NCBI GenBank assembly: GCA_050950825.1
Contig: JBMNIH010000002.1
Coordinates: 160,001 to 224,000, forward strand
Source: Clostridia bacterium
GTDB taxonomy: Bacteria > Bacillota > Clostridia > JAAYHZ01
Direction of reading: 5' to 3'
Length of the DNA: 64,000 nucleotides
Part shown: positions 18,892 to 29,588 of the stretch, in pieces
How the letters are laid out: the number at the start of each line of letters is the position of its first letter
Position numbering within the stretch: the stretch's first letter is position 1
Program-made: the position numbers and the translations under genes
Notes under the pieces: generated by a model
Seen by the model: only the letters and a program-made list of their open reading frames with translations
Told to the model about the DNA's origin: nothing
Databases searched by the model: none

Positions 18892-19644
18892 AATATAGAA
18901 GTCGAGGAGCATCATAATTGCAAAACCGATTAAAATGGAGTATGTCGCCAAACGTTCATGACCGTGGTTATGGGTTTCCGGAATCATTTCGTCGCTAATG
19001 ACATACAGCATCGTACCTCCCGCAAAGGCCAGTGCAAAAGGCAAAATAACGGAAGTAATGGAAACCGCCCAATAACCGATCATGGTGCCGATGACCTCCG
19101 CTAATCCCGTTAAAGCGGCAATGCCGAAAGCTTTCCGTCTGCTGAGTCCGGCGGTCATTAAGGGCGAAATAATAATCATACCTTCCGGGATGTTTTGCAG
19201 CGCAATCCCCGTGGCAACGGTAATGGCATTGGATATGTCTTCGGATCCGAAGCTAACACCGGCGGCCAATCCTTCCGGAAAGTTGTGGATGCCGATCGCC
19301 AATACAAAAAGCAAGGTTCGGTTTAAAGCTTTTACGTCTCCCGCATGCTTTTCTTTATCCACGCCCACCATGCTGTGCATGTGAGGAATAAAGCGGTCGG
19401 CGGCATTTAGAAAGAACGCTCCCGCCAAAATACCGGCAACAGTCACCCATACTACGTGCTTCCCTCCGGACTCCAACGACGGCTGTATCAATCCGAATAC
19501 CGCGGCTGCCAACATTACACCTGCGGCGAGCCCTAATATACCGTCGTTGTATTTATGAGGAATCTTCTTGAACAGTGTACCGATGACCGCTCCTATGACG
19601 GTAGCACCGCCTACTCCGATAGCCGTAATAATTACCAATGTCAT
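18883..19644 (-). CDS. ZIP-family metal transporter (ZupT/GufA-like)
   Basis: AAGVML, IHNFPEGLA, LQNIPEG and EMIPE motifs. Confidence 0.9.
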   Translation of the reverse strand: MTLVIITAIGVGGATVIGAVIGTLFKKIPHKYNDGILGLAAGVMLAAAVFGLIQPSLESGGKHVVWVTVAGILAGAFFLNAADRFIPHMHSMVGVDKEKHAGDVKALNRTLLFVLAIGIHNFPEGLAAGVSFGSEDISNAITVATGIALQNIPEGMIIISPLMTAGLSRRKAFGIAALTGLAEVIGTMIGYWAVSITSVILPFALAFAGGTMLYVISDEMIPETHNHGHERLATYSILIGFAIMMLLDFYISV

Positions 19645-19699
19645 CGTTTATTCGCTCCCCCTTATTCTATTCATTTTTTTCGGGCAAAAAGCCCGTATT

Positions 19700-20293
19700 T
19701 TACGGTCTTAATATGCCTTGCTCTACCGATTCTTTCGCCTTCTTTAAGACATATTCCCAAAGGGCAGGCATTTCTTCCTTTAGAGGCTCGTTTCTTTTCA
19801 GTACCTTTTCCAAATTGACACCGTCTTTTTTCCAAGTATGACCGTCGGTTTTTCGATTTAACAAAAACGGTTGGAAACGGTCCAAACAAGCGGCGAATTT
19901 CGCTTCTTTTGTCTTCATCTCCTCGAACTCTCTCCACAGTTCCCATAATGTTTTAGCTTGGTCCTCCGGTAAGATGTTGAAAATACGTTCCGCCGCCTTC
20001 CGTTCCCGTTCCGCTTTATCCGTATACCCTTTTTCATCGTAGCAGAATGTATCTCCGGCATCGATTTCAACAATATCATGAACCAACACCATTTTCATCA
20101 CCTTCGAGATGTCCAACTTTTCGCCTTTTGCATATTCGGACAAAAACATGGCCATCACTGCCAAGTGCCAAGAATGTTCGGCATCGTTTTCATTACGGTT
20201 TTCATGTATGACGCGATTTTGCCTGTATATGTTTTTCAATTTATCAATCTCTTCAATAAATTGAATCTGCTTTTCCAATCTTTCGTTGTCCAT
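19700..20293 (-). CDS. HD-domain phosphohydrolase (HD_3 type)
   Basis: ENDAEHSW, LVHDIVEIDAGD and DRFQP motifs; start ATG 20293 after AGGAGA. Confidence 0.85.
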   Translation of the reverse strand: MDNERLEKQIQFIEEIDKLKNIYRQNRVIHENRNENDAEHSWHLAVMAMFLSEYAKGEKLDISKVMKMVLVHDIVEIDAGDTFCYDEKGYTDKAERERKAAERIFNILPEDQAKTLWELWREFEEMKTKEAKFAACLDRFQPFLLNRKTDGHTWKKDGVNLEKVLKRNEPLKEEMPALWEYVLKKAKESVEQGILRP

Positions 20294-20550
20294 TTCATCT
20301 TCTCCTAATCGGGATTTACCGGATCGATACATTATTATTTTATCATTATACTACCATATCCCTTGAAGTCAACAAAAGGAACATAAAAAACCCGGCGTAA
20401 TACCATGGAAAAGCGATATAATGTAATAAGTGAAAAAGAAGGTGAAAAAATTTTGATGTTCGGATAATATGTTAACATTATCTTAATATTTATGAATTAT
20501 AATTACCTATGTTTCATAACTATTTATCAAACAAACGAAAGGAATGAGAT

Positions 20551-22914
20551 ATGCTTCAAGTAATTGACATAACCAAAAGCTACACCACAGGAGATTTTAC
20601 ACAAACCGCACTAAATCAAGTTACGTTAAGCTTTCGAAAAAACGAATTCGTTGCCATCTTGGGTCCCAGCGGATCCGGCAAAACCACCTTCCTGAATGTT
20701 ATCGGAGGTTTGGACCGCTATGATAAAGGGGACTTAATCATAAACGGAAAGTCTACAAAAAAGTTTACCGAATTCCGAATGGGATGCTTATCGAAACAAC
20801 AGCGTAGGTTTTGTATTCCAAAACTACAACCTGATACACCATTTGAACATCGTTGATAATGTGGAATTGGGTATGACGTTAAGCGGCGTGCCTGCGGAAA
20901 CAAGACATAAAAAGGCATTGGAAGTGTTGGAAAAGGTAGGCCTGAAGGAGCACAGAAACAAAAAGCCGAATCAATTATCCGGAGGACAAATGCAAAGAGT
21001 AGCCATTGCCCGTGCCTTGGCGAACAATCCGGATATTATCTTGGCCGATGAACCTACGGGGGCTTTGGATTCCGCGACCAGCAAGCAAATTTTGGATTTG
21101 ATCAAAGAAATCGCTCACGATAAGCTGGTCATCATGGTAACCCATAACGCGGATTTGGCCGAACGATATGCCGACCGTATCATTCGCTTTGAGGACGGAA
21201 AGGTAATAAGCGACAGCAACCCCTATGACCCGAAAGCGGAAGACAGCGGCTATTCTTTGAAAAAAACCGGAATGAGTTTTCCTACCGCATTAAAAATATC
21301 GGGGGTAAAAACATATCCACTAAAAAGTGGAGAACCGCTCTGACCGCGTTTGCAACCAGTATCGGGATTATCGGTATCGCCTTAATATTAAGCCTTTCAA
21401 CCGGCTTTCAAACGAAAATCGACGAATACGAGCAAACGGCATTAGCGGAATTTCCCATATTGATTTCTCAAAGCGCCATGGATATGGATGCGGAAACCAT
21501 GAGAGAACGACGAGGAGAAATACTGGAATCCATGAAAACCGGAAATTACCCGGATGAGCCGAAGGTCTTTCCCTACGATACGAAAGCACACACCATCGTT
21601 CATACCAACGTATTTACCGAGGAATATTTGGAATATATCTATGATATCGATCCTGCCATTTGCAGCGGCATCGGGTATACGCGAATGGTCGGCATGAACC
21701 TTTTGCGTGACGTAAACGGAGTAATCAAACCGGTCTCCATTCCTATCGGCATCAATTCGAACCGGAGCATGAGTGCAACATCCGGAAGCGGCGGTATGGA
21801 TGGCATGGGATTAACCTCGTATCCCGAGAGAATCGGCGAGGATATAGAGCCGTTCCTTGAGAAAAATTACGATTTGCTTGCCGGATCCTATCCGAAAGAG
21901 CCTACGGACGTGGTATTGGTAATCGATGAAAAGAACCGGGTGGACAGCAAAGTGTTGGAAAACTTAGGTTTCGATGTGGCCGGCAAGGAAAGCATTTCCT
22001 TCGATGAAATTGTAGGAACGAAACTCATGCTGATTTCCAACGATCGTTACTATACCGAAACCCCGATCGGAAGCTTTATGCCCGGTACCGATTATGAGGC
22101 TATGTACAACGCGGAAAATTCTCTTCCCTTGACCATAACCGGTATTTTACGATTGAAGCCGGACGAAACAATCGGGCTGTTGGGTTTCGGTATTGTTTAC
22201 AGCGATGATTTGGTCCGTTTGGTTGTCGAAAGAGAAAAGGATTCGAAAATCGTAAAAGCCCAACGGGAAGCGGACCACAATGTCATCACCATGGAAAAAA
22301 TCGAAGAAAGCGCAAAAAGGCGTATTATCACCTATCTCGGCGGTAATGCAGAACCTTCCATGATCTATATATTCCCCCGGGATTTCGATTCGAAGAAAGC
22401 CGTTTTGGAATACTTGGATGCTTACAACATCGGCAAAAGCCAAGACGAAATGATTATTTACACGGATTTGGCGGGGACCATAACGGAAATGACCGAAGGG
22501 ATTATGAACGCCATTACGTTGGTTCTAATCGCATTTGCCGCCATATCGTTGGTGGTATCCTTAATCATGATCGGAATTATCACCTACATTTCCGTATTGG
22601 AAAGAACGAAAGAAATCGGGATACTCCGCGCGGTCGGTGCACGGAAAAAGGATATTACAAGGGTATTTAACGCCGAGACCTTTATCATCGGAGCCTTGTC
22701 GGGCTTGTTGGGAATCGGAATCGCGTATTTATTGAACATTCCGATCAACTCCCTCATTTACAAGCTCACCGATTTGCAGGGCGTTGCGCAACTGCATCCT
22801 TTGCACGCATTTATATTGATTTCTCTCAGCTTGGCTCTTACGCTATTAGGCGGATTCATCCCCGCGAAAATGGCGGCAACCAAGGATCCTGTGGTCGCTT
22901 TAAGAACGGAATAA
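20551..22914 (+). pseudogene. MacB-like fused ABC ATP-binding/permease gene broken by two frameshifts (~20772 and ~21303)
   Basis: Walker A GPSGSGKT in ORF1; LSGGQ and DEPT in ORF2; KKWRTALTAFATSIGIIGIALILS in an intermediate frame; SVLERTKEIGILRAVG...DPVVALRTE in ORF3. Confidence 0.8.
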
Positions 22915-22957
22915 AACCCGTACGGAGAAAAACCGTAAAGAAAATGATTTAGACATT

Positions 22958-22987
22958 AAAAAGGGAAGTTTTTTCGCTTCCCTTTTT
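22958..22987. terminator. Bidirectional intrinsic terminator
   Basis: AAAAAGGGAAG...CTTCCCTTTTT between convergent genes. Confidence 0.8.
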
Positions 22988-23009
22988 CGTTCCGAATTAT
23001 CTTATTATC

Positions 23010-24647
23010 TTAACTTTTAATTTGCTTTTCAACCAGCCTTCCTCCGCAATATTTCTCGCGAAGCTTTGGCTTTTCAATTTTACCCGTGGGATTTCTGGGA
23101 ACCTTGTCGAATATGATCCTTCGAGGTCTTTTGTATCTCGGTAATGCTTGGCAAAAGGCTAAAATATCCTCTTCCGTTGTCGATTCAAAGCCCGGTTTCA
23201 ATTCGATAATGGCGGCGGATATCTCTCCTAAACGCTTGTCCGGCAAACCGATAACCGCAACGTCCTTGATGGCTTCGCATCGGTGTAGAAAATCCTCGAT
23301 TTGAACCGGATAAATGTTTTCTCCCCCGCTGATAATGACGTCTTTTTTGCGGTCTACCAAATAGATGAAACCGTCTTCATCCATCATGGCCATATCGCCC
23401 GTGTATAGCCATCCGTCCTTGAGTACGGCTTTCGTAGCTTCCGGATCTTTGTAGTAGCATTTCATAACTCCGGGGCCTTTTACCGCCAACTCCCCTACTT
23501 CGCCTTGTTTTACGGGCTTTTTGTCATCGCCTACAATTTTGGCTTCCCATCCGTAGCCCGGTATTCCGATAGCACCGACTTTATGAACGTTTTCAACCCC
23601 CAAATGAACGCAACCCGGTCCGATGGACTCGCTTAAACCGTAATTGGTATCGTACTGATGATGAGGGAAATATTTGAACCAGCGGTGAATCAAACTGGGT
23701 GGCACGGGCTGGGCTCCGATATGCATCAAACGCCAACGAGACAAATCATAGTCTTCCGGCTTCACTTCTCCTCGTTCAATGGCATCCAAAATGTCTTGAG
23801 CCCACGGTACCAACAGCCATACGATGGATACTTGCTCTTCCGATACGGCTTTCAGTATCCATTTGGGCTTGGTTCCACGCAGTAAGACCCCTTTTCCGCC
23901 AACCAAAAAACTGCCGAACCAATGCATTTTTGCACCGGTATGATACAGAGGAGGTATGCACAAAAAGCAGTCCTCTTTCGTTTGCCCGTGGTGTTTGTTT
24001 TCGGTTATGGCGGAAGACAATAGGCTACCGTGGGTATGTAGTATTGCCTTCGGGAATCCGGTTGTTCCGGAAGAGAAGTAAATGGCGGCGTCTTCTTCGT
24101 CTTTTATTTCAATATCCGGTGCCGTTGTCGGCATATTCTTTGTAATATCCTCATACCGCTCGGCAAAGCTCGGACAGTTCTCCCCTATGAAGAACTTGTA
24201 TTTCACACGAGGAATATCGTTTTTTATCGATTCCAAGCGATCTATAAATTCCGGTCCGAATACCAGCGCATCGGATTCGGATAGATTTAAGCAATATCGG
24301 ATTTCCTCCGCCGTATAGCGGAAATTCATGGGGACCACGATGGCACCGGTTTTCAAAACTCCGAAGTACGCCGGAAGCCATTCTAAACAGTTCATTAAAA
24401 GAATCGCTACTTTTTTCCCCTTTTCAATACCTCGGGATAATAGCAGGTTGGCAAAGCGATTGGCTTGATCGTCAAATTCCTTCCATGTAATCTCGCGACG
24501 ATATTTCGGTGCTAATCCGGATTGAACCAACTCAAACTCTTTCCAAGACAATCCTTGTTTTTCCTGTTCCTCCGGACTTATTTCAACCAAGCTGATGTCT
24601 TGCCCGTAAAGCTCGGCATTACGAGCGAGTATTTCGGTGATAGGCAT
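23010..24647 (-). CDS. AMP-dependent acyl-CoA synthetase (class I adenylate-forming enzyme)
   Basis: YFSSGTTGFPK, YGLSES, TGD, DRKKDVIISGGENIYP and GKI motifs; start ATG 24647 (MPITEIL). Confidence 0.9.
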   Translation of the reverse strand: MPITEILARNAELYGQDISLVEISPEEQEKQGLSWKEFELVQSGLAPKYRREITWKEFDDQANRFANLLLSRGIEKGKKVAILLMNCLEWLPAYFGVLKTGAIVVPMNFRYTAEEIRYCLNLSESDALVFGPEFIDRLESIKNDIPRVKYKFFIGENCPSFAERYEDITKNMPTTAPDIEIKDEEDAAIYFSSGTTGFPKAILHTHGSLLSSAITENKHHGQTKEDCFLCIPPLYHTGAKMHWFGSFLVGGKGVLLRGTKPKWILKAVSEEQVSIVWLLVPWAQDILDAIERGEVKPEDYDLSRWRLMHIGAQPVPPSLIHRWFKYFPHHQYDTNYGLSESIGPGCVHLGVENVHKVGAIGIPGYGWEAKIVGDDKKPVKQGEVGELAVKGPGVMKCYYKDPEATKAVLKDGWLYTGDMAMMDEDGFIYLVDRKKDVIISGGENIYPVQIEDFLHRCEAIKDVAVIGLPDKRLGEISAAIIELKPGFESTTEEDILAFCQALPRYKRPRRIIFDKVPRNPTGKIEKPKLREKYCGGRLVEKQIKS

Positions 24648-24862
24648 CCTCTTTATATCCTCCTCTGAATCCTTGATTGAACGGATCCAACCAAGTTGAC
24701 TTCGTTTAGTCACTTCATTTAATAAAAGTATTCCATTTATTATGGACCGTTCATAAGAGTTTGTCAATATTGGATCGGCGAGTTTAAAAAAATGCGCAAC
24801 CGTGAATAAAAAAATCAAGATTTCAGAGAAGCTATATGCCAAGCGTCATGCCGATAAGGCCT

Positions 24863-24900
24863 CCTGACTCTTAATCAGGGTGTCCCGGAGTTCGAGTTCC
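24863..24900 (+). repeat. Degenerate copy of the tRNA-Lys anticodon arm to T arm (att-like scar)
   Basis: 24863-24885 is identical to 25177-25199 (23 bp), followed by a GTTCGAGT T-loop remnant. Confidence 0.75.
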
Positions 24901-25094
24901 TCCCTTACGCAGAATATTTGTCACCTCATGTGGAAGCGGCCGTATTGGACGGCGCTCTGCCTTGGGAAGCGCTTAAGGTTTTACATGAAGGGATGCAAAT
25001 CGTACATGAAAAAAGAATGCGTGAGTTAGAAGAATAATAAAACGGTAACCGAGAAAACCAATCGATTAAACATTCGAAATATCGTAAAAACAGG

Positions 25095-25123
25095 TTGACA
25101 TTTTTCCGAAGCGCGTGTATAAT
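25095..25123 (+). promoter_or_regulatory. Consensus sigma-A promoter of tRNA-Lys
   Basis: TTGACA, 17 bp, TATAAT. Confidence 0.9.
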
Positions 25124-25150
25124 CTCTTTTCGTAACGACGATTGATTTAT

Positions 25151-25226
25151 GCACCATTAGCTCAGTCGGTAGAGCACCTGACTCTTAATCAGGGTGTCCT
25201 GGGTTCGAGTCCCAGATGGTGTACCA
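25151..25226 (+). tRNA. tRNA-Lys (CTT)
   Basis: GCACCAT/ATGGTGT acceptor stem, D arm GCTCAGTCGGTAGAGC, CCTGA-CT-CTT-AA-TCAGG anticodon arm, GTTCGAGT T loop, encoded CCA; 76 nt. Confidence 0.97.
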
Positions 25227-25265
25227 GGAAAGTTTTTGGAGATATTCCAAGAACTTTCCTTTTTT
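25226..25265 (+). terminator. Intrinsic terminator after the tRNA
   Basis: AGGAAAGTTTTTGGA...TCCAAGAACTTTCCT followed by a T tract. Confidence 0.8.
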
Positions 25266-25267
25266 AT

Positions 25268-26659
25268 TTACCATCCGTATTTTTCCGGTCCCCATTCTTT
25301 TTTGATCAAGGTTTGGGAAACCGTGACGATGGTCCTGTCAGGTACATCCTCGGTTAATAGGACTCCCGGTCCTACGATGCTGTATACCCCTACCTTCTTC
25401 CCGGGCATTAATATGGCATTTACACCGGTTCTGCAGTAATCTCCGATGTAAACATCGTTTGAAAAATATTTGGGCACTTCCTTTCTTCCTTTGACTCGAT
25501 GTGTCGTATCTCCGTCGTCAAATCGCAGCGTACCGCATACGGTGGCTGCTCCGATGTCCGTATTCGTTCCTACAATGCCGCTGATCTCCATGTAGTGGTA
25601 CAGATAAACCCCGTCCATGATCATACCCGACAATTCCGCACAGTGGCTTACTACACAACGGTCTCCTATGGTCGTATTTCCTTCTACCAAGCAATAGTTA
25701 CCCACATACGAATTCTTCCCAATGATCACATTTCCCGATAGGATAGCCCCGTTTTCAATGACCGAGTCGTCACCTAAAATCACATTTCCATTGATAATTA
25801 CATTCCTTCCGATTTTGCTTCCGCGGCCTAACCGAACCTTTCCCTTGATAGATGCCGTAGGATCGACGGAATCGTTCTTTTCCGAATTATCCTCGATTTG
25901 GTTGCACAGCTTTTCGACCATTATATGATTGGCCAACAGAATATGCCATGGTTTATCGATATCGATAAAGGTTTCTTCCGTTATAGTAGCCGCAACCCGA
26001 TTCCCTCTTTTCATATAATCGGCTACCGAAGCCTCTACAAATCCTTCCGTAGCAGGCATCATACCCACTTGCAAATTGCCCGACTCGCCTGTAAACATCC
26101 CGGGATTGTTCGAAAGATACGGCATGAAGCTTTTGTCAAATGCATATGCCGCAAAAACATAGTATTCGCTGTCATATTCTCCTCTCGGATGGGCGGCAAT
26201 ATGCTCGATGTAATCGTTTTCTACACTGCAGCAGATATGCTCGTTGCATCTTTCATGTTTCAGCATCGAAACCAAGGCCGTCACCGATTCTTTTCCGGAT
26301 TCGTGTTTTTCAATTAACCTTTTTACATCCGTTTTGCTTATCACCGTATCGCCGTAAAGCGTCAAGAAGGTATCGTCTTTGATATATGATTTCGCATCGG
26401 CTATGGAAAAAGCGGCTCCTTTCGGGTTTGCGGTATCCAATACCGTTATCTTTTCATCCGTGAAGAAATAGTTTTTTATTTGCTCGGAATAATTTCCGCC
26501 GATAATGACGATATTATCGAAACCCAATTCCTTCAATATATCCGTGATGTACCCGATAATCGGTTTGTTGGCAATCGGAATCATGACTTTCGGTCTTATT
26601 TGGGCATACGGCCAAATCCTCGTTCCCGGTCCCCCGGCAAGAATAACTGCGCTTTTCAT
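25268..26659 (-). CDS. Sugar-1-phosphate nucleotidyltransferase with left-handed beta-helix (GlmU-like)
   Basis: VILAGGPGTR..P...RPK N-terminus, hexapeptide repeats, IGAATVCGTLRFD. Confidence 0.8.
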   Translation of the reverse strand: MKSAVILAGGPGTRIWPYAQIRPKVMIPIANKPIIGYITDILKELGFDNIVIIGGNYSEQIKNYFFTDEKITVLDTANPKGAAFSIADAKSYIKDDTFLTLYGDTVISKTDVKRLIEKHESGKESVTALVSMLKHERCNEHICCSVENDYIEHIAAHPRGEYDSEYYVFAAYAFDKSFMPYLSNNPGMFTGESGNLQVGMMPATEGFVEASVADYMKRGNRVAATITEETFIDIDKPWHILLANHIMVEKLCNQIEDNSEKNDSVDPTASIKGKVRLGRGSKIGRNVIINGNVILGDDSVIENGAILSGNVIIGKNSYVGNYCLVEGNTTIGDRCVVSHCAELSGMIMDGVYLYHYMEISGIVGTNTDIGAATVCGTLRFDDGDTTHRVKGRKEVPKYFSNDVYIGDYCRTGVNAILMPGKKVGVYSIVGPGVLLTEDVPDRTIVTVSQTLIKKEWGPEKYGW

Positions 26660-26921
26660 TCTTCTCTACCCCCGGTTTTTGCTATATCCAAAATTATATT
26701 ATACCTTTCCTCGCCAATCAAGGCGGCATAACACCGGTAAAAATTAGCAATAATTATAAATTCTCATGTTGTTATTTATGAATCATCATAATATAATGGA
26801 TATGAGGGAAACACAGGATCTCGTTTTATCGCGGTTTACAAACGTATTTTTTCTAACGCCATATGCATCCATATACGACATCAAAACACGTAAGCGAAAT
26901 AAACCTAAAGGAGGCCTATCC

Positions 26922-27980
26922 ATGGAAAAAAATATAAAGGTTCTGTCAAAAGAAGAAGGCGGAATGCTTGTTGAATACAACGAAAGAAAGGTTTTGCTTT
27001 TACACGGCTCCCCTTACCAAATGGGCTATGTTCACGGAAAGCTTTTTAAAGATCACGTCAAAGAAGTCGTTAAGACATTTATAAAAGGAGCAAACGAACA
27101 TAAACCCGGCATATTGGAAGAAAGACTGAAGCTGACGGAAGGCTACATACTTGATCGTTACAAGGAAGAAATGAAGGGTCTTGCAAAGGGCGCGGAGCTC
27201 TCCGAGGAAGAGATTCTACTTGCCAATGTATTCCCGGAGGCCTTCCACTGCAGCGGCGTGGCGCTGTTCGGGAATGCAACCGCCGACGGATCCCTTTTAC
27301 ACGGTCGAATCTTGGATTATGCCGTAAAATCGGGACTTCAGGACCATCCCGCTATCATATTGGCGAAGCCCGACGGGTACAACGGCTTCATTAACGTAAC
27401 GGTAGCAGGTCTCATCGGATCCGTTACCGGTATGAACGATAAGCAAATTGCCATAGGAGAAATGGGTTTAAGCCACGATGGCAATTTTGCAGGAGTTCCC
27501 ATGACGCTTCTGGTAAGAAGGGCTTTAGAGGAAGCTCACACTTTGGACGAGGCTTTATCGATTTTTAAAAACAGCGTAAGGACTTGCGGATACTGCTACG
27601 TAATATCCGATGGAAAGATTCCCGATGCGAGAGCATTGACATGTACATATGAAGTCATGGATACGGCAAAGCCCGGTGAAGGTCTACCCGGTTTCCCGGG
27701 ATCCCCGCCAAAGGACGTGGTAATGATATCCAAAGACGAAAGATACGTCGCCCTTCTTAATGCGGTTAACAAATATTACGGGAAAATCGATAAGGATATT
27801 CTTATCGAAATCATGAAGCGTCCCGTTTCCATGGAATCGAACCTTCATAACGCCGTTTTTGAACCGCAAAAATTAAAAATGTGGCTCGCTATTGCCCAAA
27901 ATCCGGATGTGGAAAATTTCCAAGCATGCTACCAACCCTATTATGAATATGATATGAATGAGCTTATGAAGGCGTTTTGA
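26922..27980 (+). CDS. C45-family Ntn-hydrolase (peptidase/acyltransferase)
   Basis: GSPYQMGY.HG, FHCSG (internal Cys nucleophile), HGRILDY and GMND motifs; start ATG 26922 after AAGGAGG. Confidence 0.8.
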   Translation: MEKNIKVLSKEEGGMLVEYNERKVLLLHGSPYQMGYVHGKLFKDHVKEVVKTFIKGANEHKPGILEERLKLTEGYILDRYKEEMKGLAKGAELSEEEILLANVFPEAFHCSGVALFGNATADGSLLHGRILDYAVKSGLQDHPAIILAKPDGYNGFINVTVAGLIGSVTGMNDKQIAIGEMGLSHDGNFAGVPMTLLVRRALEEAHTLDEALSIFKNSVRTCGYCYVISDGKIPDARALTCTYEVMDTAKPGEGLPGFPGSPPKDVVMISKDERYVALLNAVNKYYGKIDKDILIEIMKRPVSMESNLHNAVFEPQKLKMWLAIAQNPDVENFQACYQPYYEYDMNELMKAF

Positions 27981-27983
27981 CAA

Positions 27984-29582
27984 TTAGCGTAAAGTAAGTT
28001 TCGGATAATAATCAATGGAAGAATATAACAAATAGAAAGAGGACCCCGATTGTGATATGATTAAATTTCCTACAAAAAATCACAAAGGAAGGTGTCCTCT
28101 ATGTATAAAAGTATACTACATTTTATTGAAAATGGGTTAGTCGAAATTGAAAAAATGATGGGTGATATTCTGGCAGGTAAAAAAGATGCCGATGATTTGA
28201 CTGCACTCGTTAATAAAGTTACGTCAACGTTAGCGGTCAGCCTTATAGTGGATTTGTACGAGAAAGCTGATAACGATATACGAGAAAGCAGCGTGAGAAA
28301 AAAGTATTGGAATGTCGAGCACAGGAACAAAAAGAAAACCATCGTAGATGTCATGGGTAAGGTTGAATTCTGCCGAACCGGATATTGTGCGAAAGGAACG
28401 GGTGAGTATGTATATCTTTTGGATCAGGTGCTCGGATTTGAACCGCACCAGAAGGTAACGCTAGGCGCAGCTGCGAGAGCCTTGGAAGAAAGTATAGACA
28501 GCAGTTACCGCAAAGGCGGAGAGAATGCAAGCATAAAAGCGGAAGAAGGCATTAGCAAACAAGCCGTGATGGATCTGGTACATGAGATTGAGGCGGACAT
28601 GCCGATGCCGGAACCGGAAGGAAAGAAGAAGATAAAAAGGCTTCATGTCATAGCCGATGAAGATCATGTGGCGGCACAGTTTTGGAATGAAAAGGGCGAT
28701 TTGAAGCGAGATGCGAGGGGCCATAAGATTAATACCCTGATGCCTAAGCTTGTTTGTGTATTCGAGGATATTATCAATGAATCGGGGGAAGCATCCAAGA
28801 ATCCCAGATATAAGCTGATCGGAAAAAAATACTTTTGCGGTATTTACGAGGGTGGCAAAGGCAACGAAAAGCTTTGGATGGAGGTTGCCGAATACATAGA
28901 AAAAACATACGATACGGACTATCTTGAGAGAATATACGTAGTCGGAGACGGAGCTTCGTGGATAAAAAAAGGATGCGAATATTTGGAGAACAGCAAATAT
29001 GTCCTTGATAAATACCATATGATGAAATATATAAACAGGTCAGTGGCGCATCTTTACGATAGCGCGGACGAGGTGAAAGACTGGATTTGGGGAGCCTTGA
29101 ATCGTTTGGACAAAAAGGAATTGAAGAATATCTATGAGCAGATCCTGAAGGTTACGGAAAGTGAAAACAAGAAGCAAGAAGTGGAAGATGCGTTAAGATA
29201 TTTTCTAAATCATTGGCAAGGGATAAAAACCCGAGTGGAAGAAACAAGCGGCTGGACATATTGCATAGAAGGGCAAATAAGCCATGTATTGTCGGCAAGA
29301 ATGAGCAGCAGACCAATGGGATGGAGCGAATTGGGTTGCGACCGCATGGCAAGGCTCAGAGCGTACAAAAGAAACGGCGGTAAGATTCTTGACTTGCTAA
29401 AATATCAAAAACAACGAAAAAAGCAAAAGGAAAGGCGTGAAGCACAAGAAGAATTGATAAGAGATCTGAGAAGAAGACATTCAAAATGGACGTATGCGGA
29501 AGATACCAGACGTCACATACATGGTTTGGAAAGGAGCAGTATGAAGTGGCTAAAGAATATGACCACACTGGCTTGGGACGCG
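27984..29582 (+). mobile_element. ISLre2-family element; right end apparently missing
   Basis: Flanked by direct repeat GCGTTTTGACAA (27972-27983 and 29580-29591); left-end sequence TAGCGTAAAGTAAG has no inverted partner after the transposase. Confidence 0.6.
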
Positions 29583-29588
29583 TTTTGA
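28101..29588 (+). CDS. ISLre2-family (UPF0236) transposase
   Basis: IADEDHV, VGDGASWIK, LDKYH and IEGQISHVLSARMSSRPMGWS motifs. Confidence 0.88.
   Translation: MYKSILHFIENGLVEIEKMMGDILAGKKDADDLTALVNKVTSTLAVSLIVDLYEKADNDIRESSVRKKYWNVEHRNKKKTIVDVMGKVEFCRTGYCAKGTGEYVYLLDQVLGFEPHQKVTLGAAARALEESIDSSYRKGGENASIKAEEGISKQAVMDLVHEIEADMPMPEPEGKKKIKRLHVIADEDHVAAQFWNEKGDLKRDARGHKINTLMPKLVCVFEDIINESGEASKNPRYKLIGKKYFCGIYEGGKGNEKLWMEVAEYIEKTYDTDYLERIYVVGDGASWIKKGCEYLENSKYVLDKYHMMKYINRSVAHLYDSADEVKDWIWGALNRLDKKELKNIYEQILKVTESENKKQEVEDALRYFLNHWQGIKTRVEETSGWTYCIEGQISHVLSARMSSRPMGWSELGCDRMARLRAYKRNGGKILDLLKYQKQRKKQKERREAQEELIRDLRRRHSKWTYAEDTRRHIHGLERSSMKWLKNMTTLAWDAF

Noticed and set aside
20760-21310. Programmed ribosomal frameshifting in the ABC gene
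   Set aside because: Two separate shifts, no canonical slippery heptamer with stimulator, and no precedent I know of for this family
24863-24900. A second functional tRNA-Lys
   Set aside because: No acceptor stem or D arm
25142-25439. Short ORFs over the tRNA
   Set aside because: Spurious frames across tRNA-Lys and antisense to the nucleotidyltransferase
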